Below the pieces are notes generated by a model that ran no database searches, had not been told where the DNA came from, and saw only the letters and a list, made by a program, of their open reading frames with translations. A stretch of 64,000 nt of DNA from Candidatus Sulfomarinibacteraceae bacterium (GTDB lineage Bacteria > Acidobacteriota > Thermoanaerobaculia > Thermoanaerobaculales > Sulfomarinibacteraceae): positions 864,001 to 928,000 of the forward strand of contig CAWCLO010000004.1 in the NCBI GenBank assembly GCA_963796455.1, in the 5' to 3' direction. The translations under genes and the position numbers were made by a program. Numbering within the stretch: the first letter of the stretch is position 1; each line of letters begins with the position of its first letter. Below are positions 8,313 to 16,159 of this stretch, piece after piece.

Positions 8313-8507
8313 TCAGTGGCGTCGTTGATCTTGTTTTGCGCCATCGGCCATTGACTTACTGGCAGTGATTGCCAAAATGCCGCTAGCGACTAGGAACAAC
8401 GCTCCTACCCTTGTTGCTCTCCCAAAAGCGACAAGTACTCCAGCCGCCATGAGCCCAAAAACGAAGCGTAGAATCCAATGGTGTCGGTTAATACACTCCG
8501 AACCCAA
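8313..8507 (-). CDS. Cassette small membrane protein (possibly truncated)
   Basis: 64 aa with two hydrophobic helices; covers only part of the cassette. Confidence 0.5.
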   Translation of the reverse strand: MGSECINRHHWILRFVFGLMAAGVLVAFGRATRVGALFLVASGILAITASKSMADGAKQDQRRH

Positions 8508-8515
8508 ACCTCCCT

Positions 8516-8585
8516 GCCTAACGGTCCGAGTTCAGCGGACACACACCCGCCGCGGGTGGGGGTCCGCTGGAATGAGGTGTTAGGG
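8516..8585 (-). repeat. attC site
   Basis: Repeat copy. Confidence 0.95.
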
Positions 8586-8998
8586 CTTCAATCAGGATTC
8601 TTGACTTTTCTGAGCCACATTTTGCGTACTTCGCATTCAAGAAGGGTGAGGAGCACCTGTCAGTCCCGAGAGTCAAGGAGCTGAAAGGCGGGTAGACATC
8701 CAAAAAGGACACAGCAACGATGCCGACGATAATACTCACGAGCCGCGACCATTGCAATCATCGCTAGAAGAAAGCTCGCGAAGACGGATCTACCAGGAAA
8801 CGTGCTTGGGAGCCCTTCCGATCAGAGCTCTACCTCGGTACGCAGCATCTTCGAGCTGACGAACGCCATGACAAATCCCCAAGACAAGATCGCTGACAGC
8901 GAAGTGGTCGCGACAATACTTCATACCCATGAATCTTGACGAGATGCGGGTTGCCCTGTCAATGTCTCCAACGCTCAGTAGTCCTATTCCTAGTTTGG
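8586..8998 (-). pseudogene. Decayed cassette membrane-protein gene
   Basis: Hydrophobic minus-strand frame (SIVATTSLSAILSWGFVMAFVSS...VFASFLLAMIA) interrupted by TGA stops and a frame switch. Confidence 0.55.
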
Positions 8999-9105
8999 CA
9001 CTAACGGCACGAGGAGTTAACCTGGGGCGGTCAGGTATAACAGTGTCGCACGCCGTCGTGCGACTAGTAGCTTGGCGTCAAGTCTGCTCGAACGCACTGT
9101 TGGAA
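8999..9105 (-). repeat. attC-like site of a second, longer type
   Basis: cactaac...gttggaa ends; internal hairpin gtcgcacg-ccgt-cgtgcgac. Confidence 0.7.
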
Positions 9106-9195
9106 GGCCGAGGTCGAGAAGAGTCGAACGGCCCGTGAAACCGTGGCGTACATTCAACAACGATGACCCGTCCGTTGGGACTGCGCTTAACGCTG

Positions 9196-9266
9196 CGCTA
9201 ACGGTCCGAGTTCAGCGGACACGAACAGCGTGCGCGGTTTGGGTCCGCTGGAATGAGGTGTTAGGC
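9196..9266 (-). repeat. attC site
   Basis: cgctaacggtccgagttcagcgg...gttaggc. Confidence 0.93.
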
Positions 9267-10020
9267 CAAAAATGTCGCACTTCAGACTTTAACTCAGGTC
9301 TCCACTTCAAACTTGAGCATCCAACTGCAAGATCGCAACGATGCCACCGCCTCAAAAATGCATTATGCACTCGCAGGTTACATCGTCCCAACGCCTGGTC
9401 GTACCGTCTAGCCACTCAAATGCATAGCGACGCTGATACACGGACCTGCCAATTAAGGTCTTCCGGTAACGGTTTGTTTTCCCTGCGGGCACGCGAAGGC
9501 ATGGCACCAAAGAAGTCATACCGAACGGTCGTCCTCTGCGAGGAGCTCGCCGGAGGTACGGAGCCTTGAGCACAGCTACGAATCGGGCCAATATCGGACC
9601 CAAGCGGTGGGATGATCTGGTCCACGAGGAGGGCTGTCGTCACAGCACTGCGTCGGCAAACCGAGGGACTCCTAACCCTGCCGATGCACCAAAGAAGACG
9701 TCCATTCGGCTTCTTGCCGCCAGTGTGCCTCGTGGAGCTGGCTTTTCGAGGGGCTTGGCGAGAGCAGAAACTCCTTTCACGGGGTGACGCATGACACCAG
9801 GTACTCTGTTGTTTTAGCCAGCGCCACGACTGGTGAAAAATCAATCATATATCCTTGACTACCCAACCCCTGGAGAACGACGATTCGATACGCGATTCTT
9901 CTGGCCGTTCTGCCGCAGGGCTCATGGTCATTTCCGGTACCTCAGGCGCGCTGAGGGTATCCGCGATGCCATGCGATTTTGCCCATTCTGCAGTTGTTTT
10001 CACCATGAGGTTCCGTCTGC

Positions 10021-10120
10021 GCCTAACGGGCACGGGAGTTCCTGGGCCGAGCAAGGATATCAGTTGGACGCTTGCGTCCGACTGTAGCCTGCGATGGTCC
10101 GCTTGAACGACCGGTTGGCC
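10021..10120 (-). repeat. attC-like site of the second type
   Basis: gcctaacgggcacgggagtt...gaacgaccggttggcc; internal hairpin cagttggacgc-tt-gcgtccgactg. Confidence 0.7.
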
Positions 10121-10184
10121 GGCGCCGCGCCGGTCACCGGGCGTGCAATTAACTCCCTGCCCGTTGGCGCGGCGCGCAGCGCCG

Positions 10185-10259
10185 CGCCAACGGTCCGAGT
10201 TCAGCGGCCCGAGGCCGCGCAAGGCGCGGACTTGGGTCCGCTGAAACGAGGTGTTAGGC
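10185..10259 (-). repeat. attC site (75-bp variant)
   Basis: cgccaacggtccgag...gttaggc. Confidence 0.93.
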
Positions 10260-10311
10260 GTTTGTTGTACTCCAAAGTTGAATCTACGCCTGAAAACGTC
10301 GCCCATGTTCG

Positions 10312-10936
10312 TCAGACCGATACCTGGTTCTCGAGTTCGTTCGGCCCCTCTAGTTGAGTTACCTTGACGATTTCACCCTCGAAACCATAGTAGGTGATCG
10401 CATCTCGGCTAAGGTCTACCCTACGAATTATCGGGTCGGATTCACCCCACATAAAGTCATCGAGCAAACGATAGTGCTCTGTTCGGTCTTCATGAAACAC
10501 GAGCACCCGGTCCTTTCGCTTGCGGGAGATCTCGATCTTGTTGACTTCAATGAGAGTGCCGTCGGTTTGGCGTGTGGCAAAAGAGGAAATCCCGAATCCC
10601 GGGAAAATGAGGTTGTGTGTTACATCCACCTTCTCCTGCCGGGTCAAAGGACGATCTGGTATCTTCCGTTCTTCGATTGCCTCCTCAATAGTGTCGGCCT
10701 GCTCCGATGAAAGTTTGTTTGGATCACTCTTGAATTCATCAAAGTCCTGCCAATCACCGCCTCGCAGCCGGACGTCACGGCCTTGGAACTCGACTGAGGT
10801 CGTACCGTCAGGATCTCTGGCGCATGGGAGGTGTAAACGGGCTACGGGAGCCATCACGCGACCACAGCCAGAGGACGAATACCAAGATTGAAAGACCGAA
10901 GAACTGCTTGATGCGGTGAGAGCTAATTTTTTTCAC
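10312..10936 (-). pseudogene. Cassette membrane-anchored protein, apparently frameshifted
   Basis: TM leader (VKKISSHRIKQFFGLSILVFVLWLW) is in a different frame from the 181-aa body at 10312-10857. Confidence 0.55.
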
Positions 10937-10975
10937 GTGCCGAGATTTCCTTGATGATTCATGGCTCTTTCTGAA

Positions 10976-11050
10976 GCCTAACGGTCCGAGTTCAGCGGCC
11001 CGAGGCCGCGCAAGGCGCGGACTTGGGTCCGCTGGAATGAGGTGTTAGGC
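10976..11050 (-). repeat. attC site (75-bp variant)
   Basis: Repeat copy. Confidence 0.95.
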
Positions 11051-11419
11051 ATAACTTGATCCTAGCCAAAACGGATGTTGGAGAGCCATACAAAAATAGA
11101 CGATTCCAGAATAGCCTCCAGACCTGTAGTGACTGCCGCGGTCCAAATCCAGTTCTTCTCGGACCGCGAAAACCGGCACGGGTTCGGGTGCGCCAACGTA
11201 CAGAGGGCCTCCGGTGCTTTCCCTCGCATAACTGATGATGAAATACGTTAGAGCGACCTGAAGGGGAATTCCTATCACTAGCCCGAAGGTGGATGGGATG
11301 AACAGATATGCAACAACCGTTGGAGCCAGCCGGAGTGAAATAGGGGTGGCAACGCCGAATGCATTCAGTAGCGCCACCGTTGCCCACGACCACCAAAGCG
11401 GTCGATTGTTTGAGGACAT
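11045..11419 (-). CDS. Cassette membrane protein
   Basis: Hydrophobic N-terminal half; stop lies in the attC inverse core. Confidence 0.65.
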   Translation of the reverse strand: MSSNNRPLWWSWATVALLNAFGVATPISLRLAPTVVAYLFIPSTFGLVIGIPLQVALTYFIISYARESTGGPLYVGAPEPVPVFAVREELDLDRGSHYRSGGYSGIVYFCMALQHPFWLGSSYA

Positions 11420-11438
11420 CACTTGGTCATCGCTCTCT

Positions 11439-11508
11439 GCCTAACGGTCCGAGTTCAGCGGACACCACCCGCCGCGGGTTGGGGTCCGCTGGAACGAAGC
11501 TGTAGGTC
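11439..11508 (-). repeat. attC site with degenerate inverse core
   Basis: Ends ggaacgaagctgtaggtc rather than ggaacgaggtgttagg. Confidence 0.88.
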
Positions 11509-11931
11509 GTTTCCATTTAAGTCTTTACATCCCCAAGAGGAATCAAACCCCTGAATATTGTAAAAACACTGCCAAAAGGTCGATCGCCACCAAGATCCAT
11601 CCGGCAAATGGCGATTGTGGCCCATCGGCGATATCGAGCCAACAGATTGATGGCTTCAATTTCTCCGATAGCCCAATTTGGGGTTTCTCGGTACCACTTC
11701 CAGAATAACGAGCCGCCAGCCTGCGTGCTTGAGAGGTTCCAGGACCCAACCTCCCGTTTGCTTTCACCGTCACCGGGTGGCCGTCCGTCGCTGATCCAGA
11801 TCTGATGGTGATTCTCATACTGATATTCGATCAGTCTTGTGCGGCGACGCTTTTCGCTATCGAAATGCTGTACGCGAAACGCGACCGATACCAGCGAGTG
11901 TCAGAGGCAACATCTCTAGGAACATGTCGAA

Positions 11932-12000
11932 ACCTAACGGTCCGAGTTCAGCGGACCGAACCCGCCGCGGGTGAGGGTCCGCTGGAACGAGGTGTAGAGA
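11932..12000 (-). repeat. attC site with degenerate inverse core
   Basis: Ends gaggtgtagaga. Confidence 0.88.
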
Positions 12001-12012
12001 CCTCGGACCATC

Positions 12013-12423
12013 TCAGCGCAATGTTCCTGTAGAGCCCTGATGTTTTTCTGTGGAGCATCGAACTGCTCGTACAGCAGATCCCAGCGCCCGGTTGGCACGG
12101 GAAGCCGAGCTGCGTTCGCCCTGCCCAATGGCGGCCTGAATCAGGGACATGAGTTCTCGTGGGAGATCCTCGGCCATGGGGAGGAAGACGAATGAGCCGG
12201 AATCAGTCCAAGCCCTCGACGCCCAGATTTTTGCAGTATTGGGCTCCAAAGCGTCCTCACCCAGGTGCATGGACAATGGAAAGACGGCGAAAGGTGGCTC
12301 CCACCAGACAGGACAGCTGGAATCGCCGCCGAAGTCCGTAAGGAACACGCCGCGCTCCCGAACGAGCGAGGCCATTCTGTCTGTGGCATTGTAGACATCC
12401 GCGAGACAATTTGGGTCACACAC
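12013..12423 (-). pseudogene. Cassette hypothetical protein, probably decayed
   Basis: ORF lacks a good start near the cassette boundary; the C-terminal region appears to shift frame (ORF 11934-12128). Confidence 0.4.
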
Positions 12424-12547
12424 GACCAGGGGCTCACCTGACGTTTGCAGAGAGAAGCGGTTCGTAAAGCCTAGGTCTGGAAACGGCAGCTGCTGAAGTC
12501 CTCATCGGGGAGGGACAAGACGCCTCCTTGTCAATCATCTCATCGGC

Positions 12548-12616
12548 TCCTAACGGTCCGAATTCAGCGGACCGAACCCGCCGCGGGTGAGGGTCCGCTC
12601 GAACGAGGTGTTAGGT
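12548..12616 (-). repeat. attC site
   Basis: Repeat copy. Confidence 0.95.
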
Positions 12617-13088
12617 GTCATCATGAGGGTGGATGGCGGATCTGTATGGAAGTGGACGCTCCTAACACCAGCCGCTTTAAGGCCCTCCATCACCACGTTG
12701 ACGCGTTCGTATGGGGTTTCCCGATCTATTTTCAAAACGAATGGGCGTTCCGGAGAAGAGACGGCGATGTGTTTGATTGCTTGGTGAAGCTCTTCCGTCG
12801 AAACCACGGGTAGCGCGGTATCTTCTCCGTTAGATATTCGAATCTTCCCGTGCTTGCTGATACTGATAATTGCGGCATCATCCGGTATCCGTTTGCCGGT
12901 CACAGCTGTGGCGGCCCTGTACTTGCCTCCATAGTTACTGAGTCCCGGCAGATTCAGGTCCAGCAGAGAAAGGCATTGAAAGGAATAGATCAAAGCCCCG
13001 AAAAGAAGCCACGGATTCCACGGTTTGGTCGTTTTTCCAGGCGGGTCGTTGCGATTCTACGGTTGTGAGTCGCTTCCCTAAGTCCATT
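12617..13088 (-). pseudogene. Cassette ExbD/TolR-family protein, apparently frameshifted
   Basis: IISISKHGKIRI...FVLKIDRETPYERVNVVMEGLKAAGVRSV; ATG leader is out of frame and the frame reads through the attC. Confidence 0.65.
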
Positions 13089-13134
13089 TAACGCCCTTGA
13101 TAGTATGACCGTATTCGAGCATCCTAGTTCCTGA

Positions 13135-13203
13135 ACCTAACGGTCCGAGTTCAGCGGACCACACCCGCCGCGGGTGGGGGTCCGCTGGAACGAGGTGTTA
13201 GGG
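13135..13203 (-). repeat. attC site
   Basis: Repeat copy; inverse core CCCTAAC. Confidence 0.95.
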
Positions 13204-13213
13204 CAAATTGCCT

Positions 13214-13921
13214 TCATTTTCCGTCGATATCGATCACAAGGACTGATGCATCGTCTTCATTCTGGGTGGTGCCTGTGAGTAGGGCCGATATACACGACTC
13301 ACGTTGATCAAGTTGCAGCGCCGCGGTGATCTTGTCTATTGTCTGCCAGCGCCAGAATCCATCTGTACACAAGAGATACCGGTCCCCAGCCAGAGTTGGT
13401 ACCTGGAGATTGTTCAAATTCACAGGTGGGTTCGGTTCCGACAGCGTTGGATACCATTGTTGCCAAAGGATGAGCGGCGATTTCAGTTGGCGGCACACCG
13501 GCCTCCAATTGCTCCATTTCCCACGTTTGTTCGGTGTTGAGCAGTTCCACGTTTCCGGCCCTACAACGGTACAGTCGGCAATCACCAGCGAACACAATCA
13601 CGACAGCCGAATCGGTAATCGATAGCAACATGACAGTCGCAAATGCTGCAATCTGGCTATTAGTTTGGCCCTCTTTCGAAAGGCGGATTTGTTTCCCTCA
13701 ACTGCCGCCGCAAGCAGAACATCAAGATCAACCTCGATCTCGCAATCACCAGGCGAGCAGACTCGGTTTTCGAAAGACTCTAACGCCGCCGCAAGAAAGG
13801 CGTTGGCCATCTTCCCATCTGCAATACCCCAGAATCGAATTTCATCTCTGACGACGCACACGTCTTCGTTGAGGCGTCAATTACGGCCACGGACCGTCTC
13901 GCAGGCGCTGGTTGCGATCAT
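13214..13921 (-). pseudogene. Cassette PP2C/PPM-family phosphatase pseudogene
   Basis: Motifs GRN*RLNED, GIADG, AGDCRLY, LLCTDG and NEDDASV are split by two frameshifts and an in-frame TGA. Confidence 0.85.
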
Positions 13922-13940
13922 CGCATGTATCCAAGACAAA

Positions 13941-13958
13941 CCCTAACTCATATTAGCG
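13941..13958 (-). other. Candidate attI (or collapsed attC): CGCTAAT-ATGA-GTTAGGG
   Basis: GTTAGGG is the exact complement of the inverse core of the PP2C cassette's attC (13197-13203); no full attC stem is present. Confidence 0.6.
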
Positions 13959-14052
13959 ATACGAATACCAGGGACCAATTCGTGCTTCATTCGATCGATA
14001 ACGTCTCCCAAGGCCCGGCTCTCGCGGGGGTTCGAATCGCGGCCGAGGATTG

Positions 14053-14319
14053 TCAGCCATGTTTTGCTTTAAGCGGGTATTTCTGTGGGTTTTCGAAGGA
14101 ATCGATGGTGAGGTCGACATCGAGATCCGGCCAAAACAAATGATTGTCGCCTGGCCGTTCGAGCTTGAGCACGGAGTCGACCGGAGCGTTCCTGAACCAT
14201 GGAAACTCGTCAAAAGGCAGGAAGAGCTCGCGGTCGTCGACCAACAGCCAGACGCCGTGTCTGGAGATGTTGGTGACCTCAGCCGACGAAGTGCTGTTTC
14301 CAAGCGGTACGGATGACAT
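14053..14319 (-). CDS. DUF2442-family protein (putative antitoxin)
   Basis: EVTNISRHGVWLL...LFLPFDEFPWF...HLFWPDLDVDL. Confidence 0.88.
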   Translation of the reverse strand: MSSVPLGNSTSSAEVTNISRHGVWLLVDDRELFLPFDEFPWFRNAPVDSVLKLERPGDNHLFWPDLDVDLTIDSFENPQKYPLKAKHG

Positions 14320-14518
14320 CTTCGTGCTCCTCGACCATCTTACGAATGCTGGCCAACTCTCATTTCGAAAGACCGTGACTTCGAGCCAATTCTACCTCGG
14401 GTTCGATCCAGTATTTTGCCTCGCCCTCGTTTGAGACTACGTGGATGTGCATTCTGGTTTCTTCTCGTGAAAAGAAATAGAAACGATATGGGCCGCTGCG
14501 AAAGACGGTAGTGCTCAT
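14279..14518 (-). pseudogene. DUF4160-family protein (putative toxin) with internal TGA
   Basis: [27 protein letters not shown]...EAKYWIEP...GLSK*ELASIRKMVEEHEDVIRTAWKQHF; stop at 14360-14362. Confidence 0.85.
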
Positions 14519-14609
14519 CTGTCCGCTACATGTAAGCTCTGAATCGAAGGTAGATAGAAGGGGGTTATCGTGCAAAATCCGCTCGCTAACACGACTCGTT
14601 TTAGCGTCC

Positions 14610-14932
14610 TCATTTCCCGGTCCAAAGGGTGTCGGCGGGCTGGTGACGCCGCGCCCTCCAGCCTTGCCGATGATGTGGGTGTAGATCATGGTGGTCTTGA
14701 CATCTTTGTGTCCCAGGAGCTCCTGGATGGTGCGGATGTCGTAGCCGGCCATCAAAAGGTGGGTGGCAAAGCTGTGGCGAAAGGTGTGGCAGCTGACCTT
14801 TTTGTTGATCCCGGCTTTTCGGGCTGCGGAATAGATGGCCTTGCGAACGACCGATTCGTGGAGGTGGTGGCGCCGAACGATGCCGGATCGGGGATCGATA
14901 CCGCGTTTGGAGGCGGGGAAAACGTACTGCCA
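14610..14932 (-). pseudogene. intI: Integron integrase, C-terminal fragment
   Basis: [27 protein letters not shown]...[39 protein letters not shown]; in-frame TGA just upstream; the terminal SPADTL is shifted by 1 nt. Confidence 0.95.
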
Positions 14933-14976
14933 TTTTCAACGAAATCCGGACGCACGCGACGAGCACATGCTTTTCG

Positions 14977-15357
14977 TCATGGCGTGATCCGGAACATCAA
15001 TCCCGAAGCTGCCATGAAGAGCCAACAAAGTGTGGCGGACCCGCCGAAGATAAAGGCCAGGCGAGCTCGATGGGCAAACTCGCGGAACGAGATCGGCTGG
15101 TCGCCGGCAGAGGCGGGTGCGAGCAGGCGAGCGCATCGGATGAACTGCCATCCAGAAAGAATGGAGAAGACTCCGACCGGAATCGAAAGCAGAGAATGAT
15201 AAAACCTGACATCGTGCACGTCGATGTAGACGGAGACCCACGCCGTACTGAGCAGGACGATGACCCCTTCGAAAAGAAGCCCGCCGCCGAAAACCAGAAC
15301 CCACGCCCAGCTTCGGATCAATGGGCGAAGGACGTTTCGTTCTTCGAGCTCATGCAT
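14977..15357 (-). CDS. Membrane protein (3 TM)
   Basis: Hydrophobic 126-aa ORF. Confidence 0.7.
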   Translation of the reverse strand: MHELEERNVLRPLIRSWAWVLVFGGGLLFEGVIVLLSTAWVSVYIDVHDVRFYHSLLSIPVGVFSILSGWQFIRCARLLAPASAGDQPISFREFAHRARLAFIFGGSATLCWLFMAASGLMFRITP

Positions 15358-15388
15358 GGCGCGATCCGATCATAGCCATGGCTGAGCC

Positions 15389-15982
15389 TCAGCCCCCCGG
15401 CTCTTCGAAATCCATTTCCAGGCCGCCGATCACGCCGGCGACGAGGTTGTAGATCGCTGCGCCGACCAGACCCGCGAGAAAGCCCATCACGCCGTAGAAG
15501 ATCGGCATGAACACCAGAGCGCCAAAGCCGAAGAACAGATTGAGGGCGAATCCGGTCTCCTCGGGGGTGGGCATGAAGAGGGACATCATCGCCATGAAAA
15601 TGCCGGCGATAAAACCGATCACCACATAGAGCACTCCAGATATCTTGGCGGCCGAAAGCGGACCGATTCGTCGTAACACCATGTCGTTCTCCTTTTTGAT
15701 TCCTACGCGGCAGAGGTTCAGATATTCGATGTTTCGTTGTCGAGATCGTTCTGTTTGGGCTCTGATAGTTGGCGACGCGTTGTCTTCCGCGAGTTGCCGA
15801 AGGGCGTGGCGCCTTTCCGCTCGATAGACGAGGAGGGCCGGGATCCCGCCGATCAGGATGAACAGGGTCCACCGAGTCCGGTTCAATCCCAGCTTCCGGG
15901 CTTCATCAAAGATGGAACAGGCGAGGAGGAAGTGCACGAAGAGGGTGAAGGCCACAAAAATGATGACGATTGTGGTGGTCAT
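15389..15982 (-). CDS. Membrane protein; C-terminal half (15389-15682) is DUF3566-like and probably a separately translated gene
   Basis: Internal AAGGAG RBS and ATG at 15682 (MVLRRIGPLSAAKISG...). Confidence 0.65.
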   Translation of the reverse strand: MTTTIVIIFVAFTLFVHFLLACSIFDEARKLGLNRTRWTLFILIGGIPALLVYRAERRHALRQLAEDNASPTIRAQTERSRQRNIEYLNLCRVGIKKENDMVLRRIGPLSAAKISGVLYVVIGFIAGIFMAMMSLFMPTPEETGFALNLFFGFGALVFMPIFYGVMGFLAGLVGAAIYNLVAGVIGGLEMDFEEPGG

Positions 15983-16159
15983 ATGGTCCGGAATGGCACA
16001 GCTACCGCACGATGATTGTCAATGCAACCTCTGAGCCATCGAGGCTTAGGTCTTCGCGGCGTGAAGATTCGAGTTGGTTTTGAGACCACGCCTCGTCTCG
16101 GTGAATTGTTGGTCGAAGACCCTGCTTCTATTCTACATCGCCCGTCCGTTGACTCACCA

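Larger units (their letters stand above)
1..14932 (-). mobile_element. Sedentary chromosomal integron: cassette array (26 attC/attC-like sites) with degenerate intI; probably extends beyond the left edge
   Basis: Imperfect palindromic repeats read on the minus strand RCCTAAC-ACCTC-ATTCCAGC...GCTGAAC-TCGGACC-GTTAGGY, typically separating one minus-strand ORF. Several ORFs stop at the TAA of the inverse core (2430, 6136, 6641, 11045). IntI C-terminal fragment at 14610-14932. Confidence 0.96.

Noticed and set aside
659..12787. ORFs containing PNTSFQRT...LNSDR, MWSAELGPLG, LTVRVQR or VRWNEVLG peptides
   Set aside because: These are translations of the attC repeat in various frames, not a protein family.
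154..13203. Regular repeats read as a CRISPR array
   Set aside because: Repeats are about 70 bp, spacers are mostly 200-750 bp and carry genes, there are no cas genes, and the attC box layout plus intI explain them.
13996..14058. Possible degenerate attC directly after the DUF2442 gene (GGCTGAC...GTTATCG)
   Set aside because: The stem pairing is weak and the boxes do not match either attC family; it needs a covariance-model score.
14360..14362. TGA as selenocysteine or a recoded stop
   Set aside because: The position is not a Cys-type site, no SECIS-like hairpin is evident, and TGA is the normal stop for many genes in this window.
14360..14755. 131-aa ORF as an integrase-toxin fusion protein
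   Set aside because: It arises from the 1-nt shift at the end of the intI remnant running into the DUF4160 frame.
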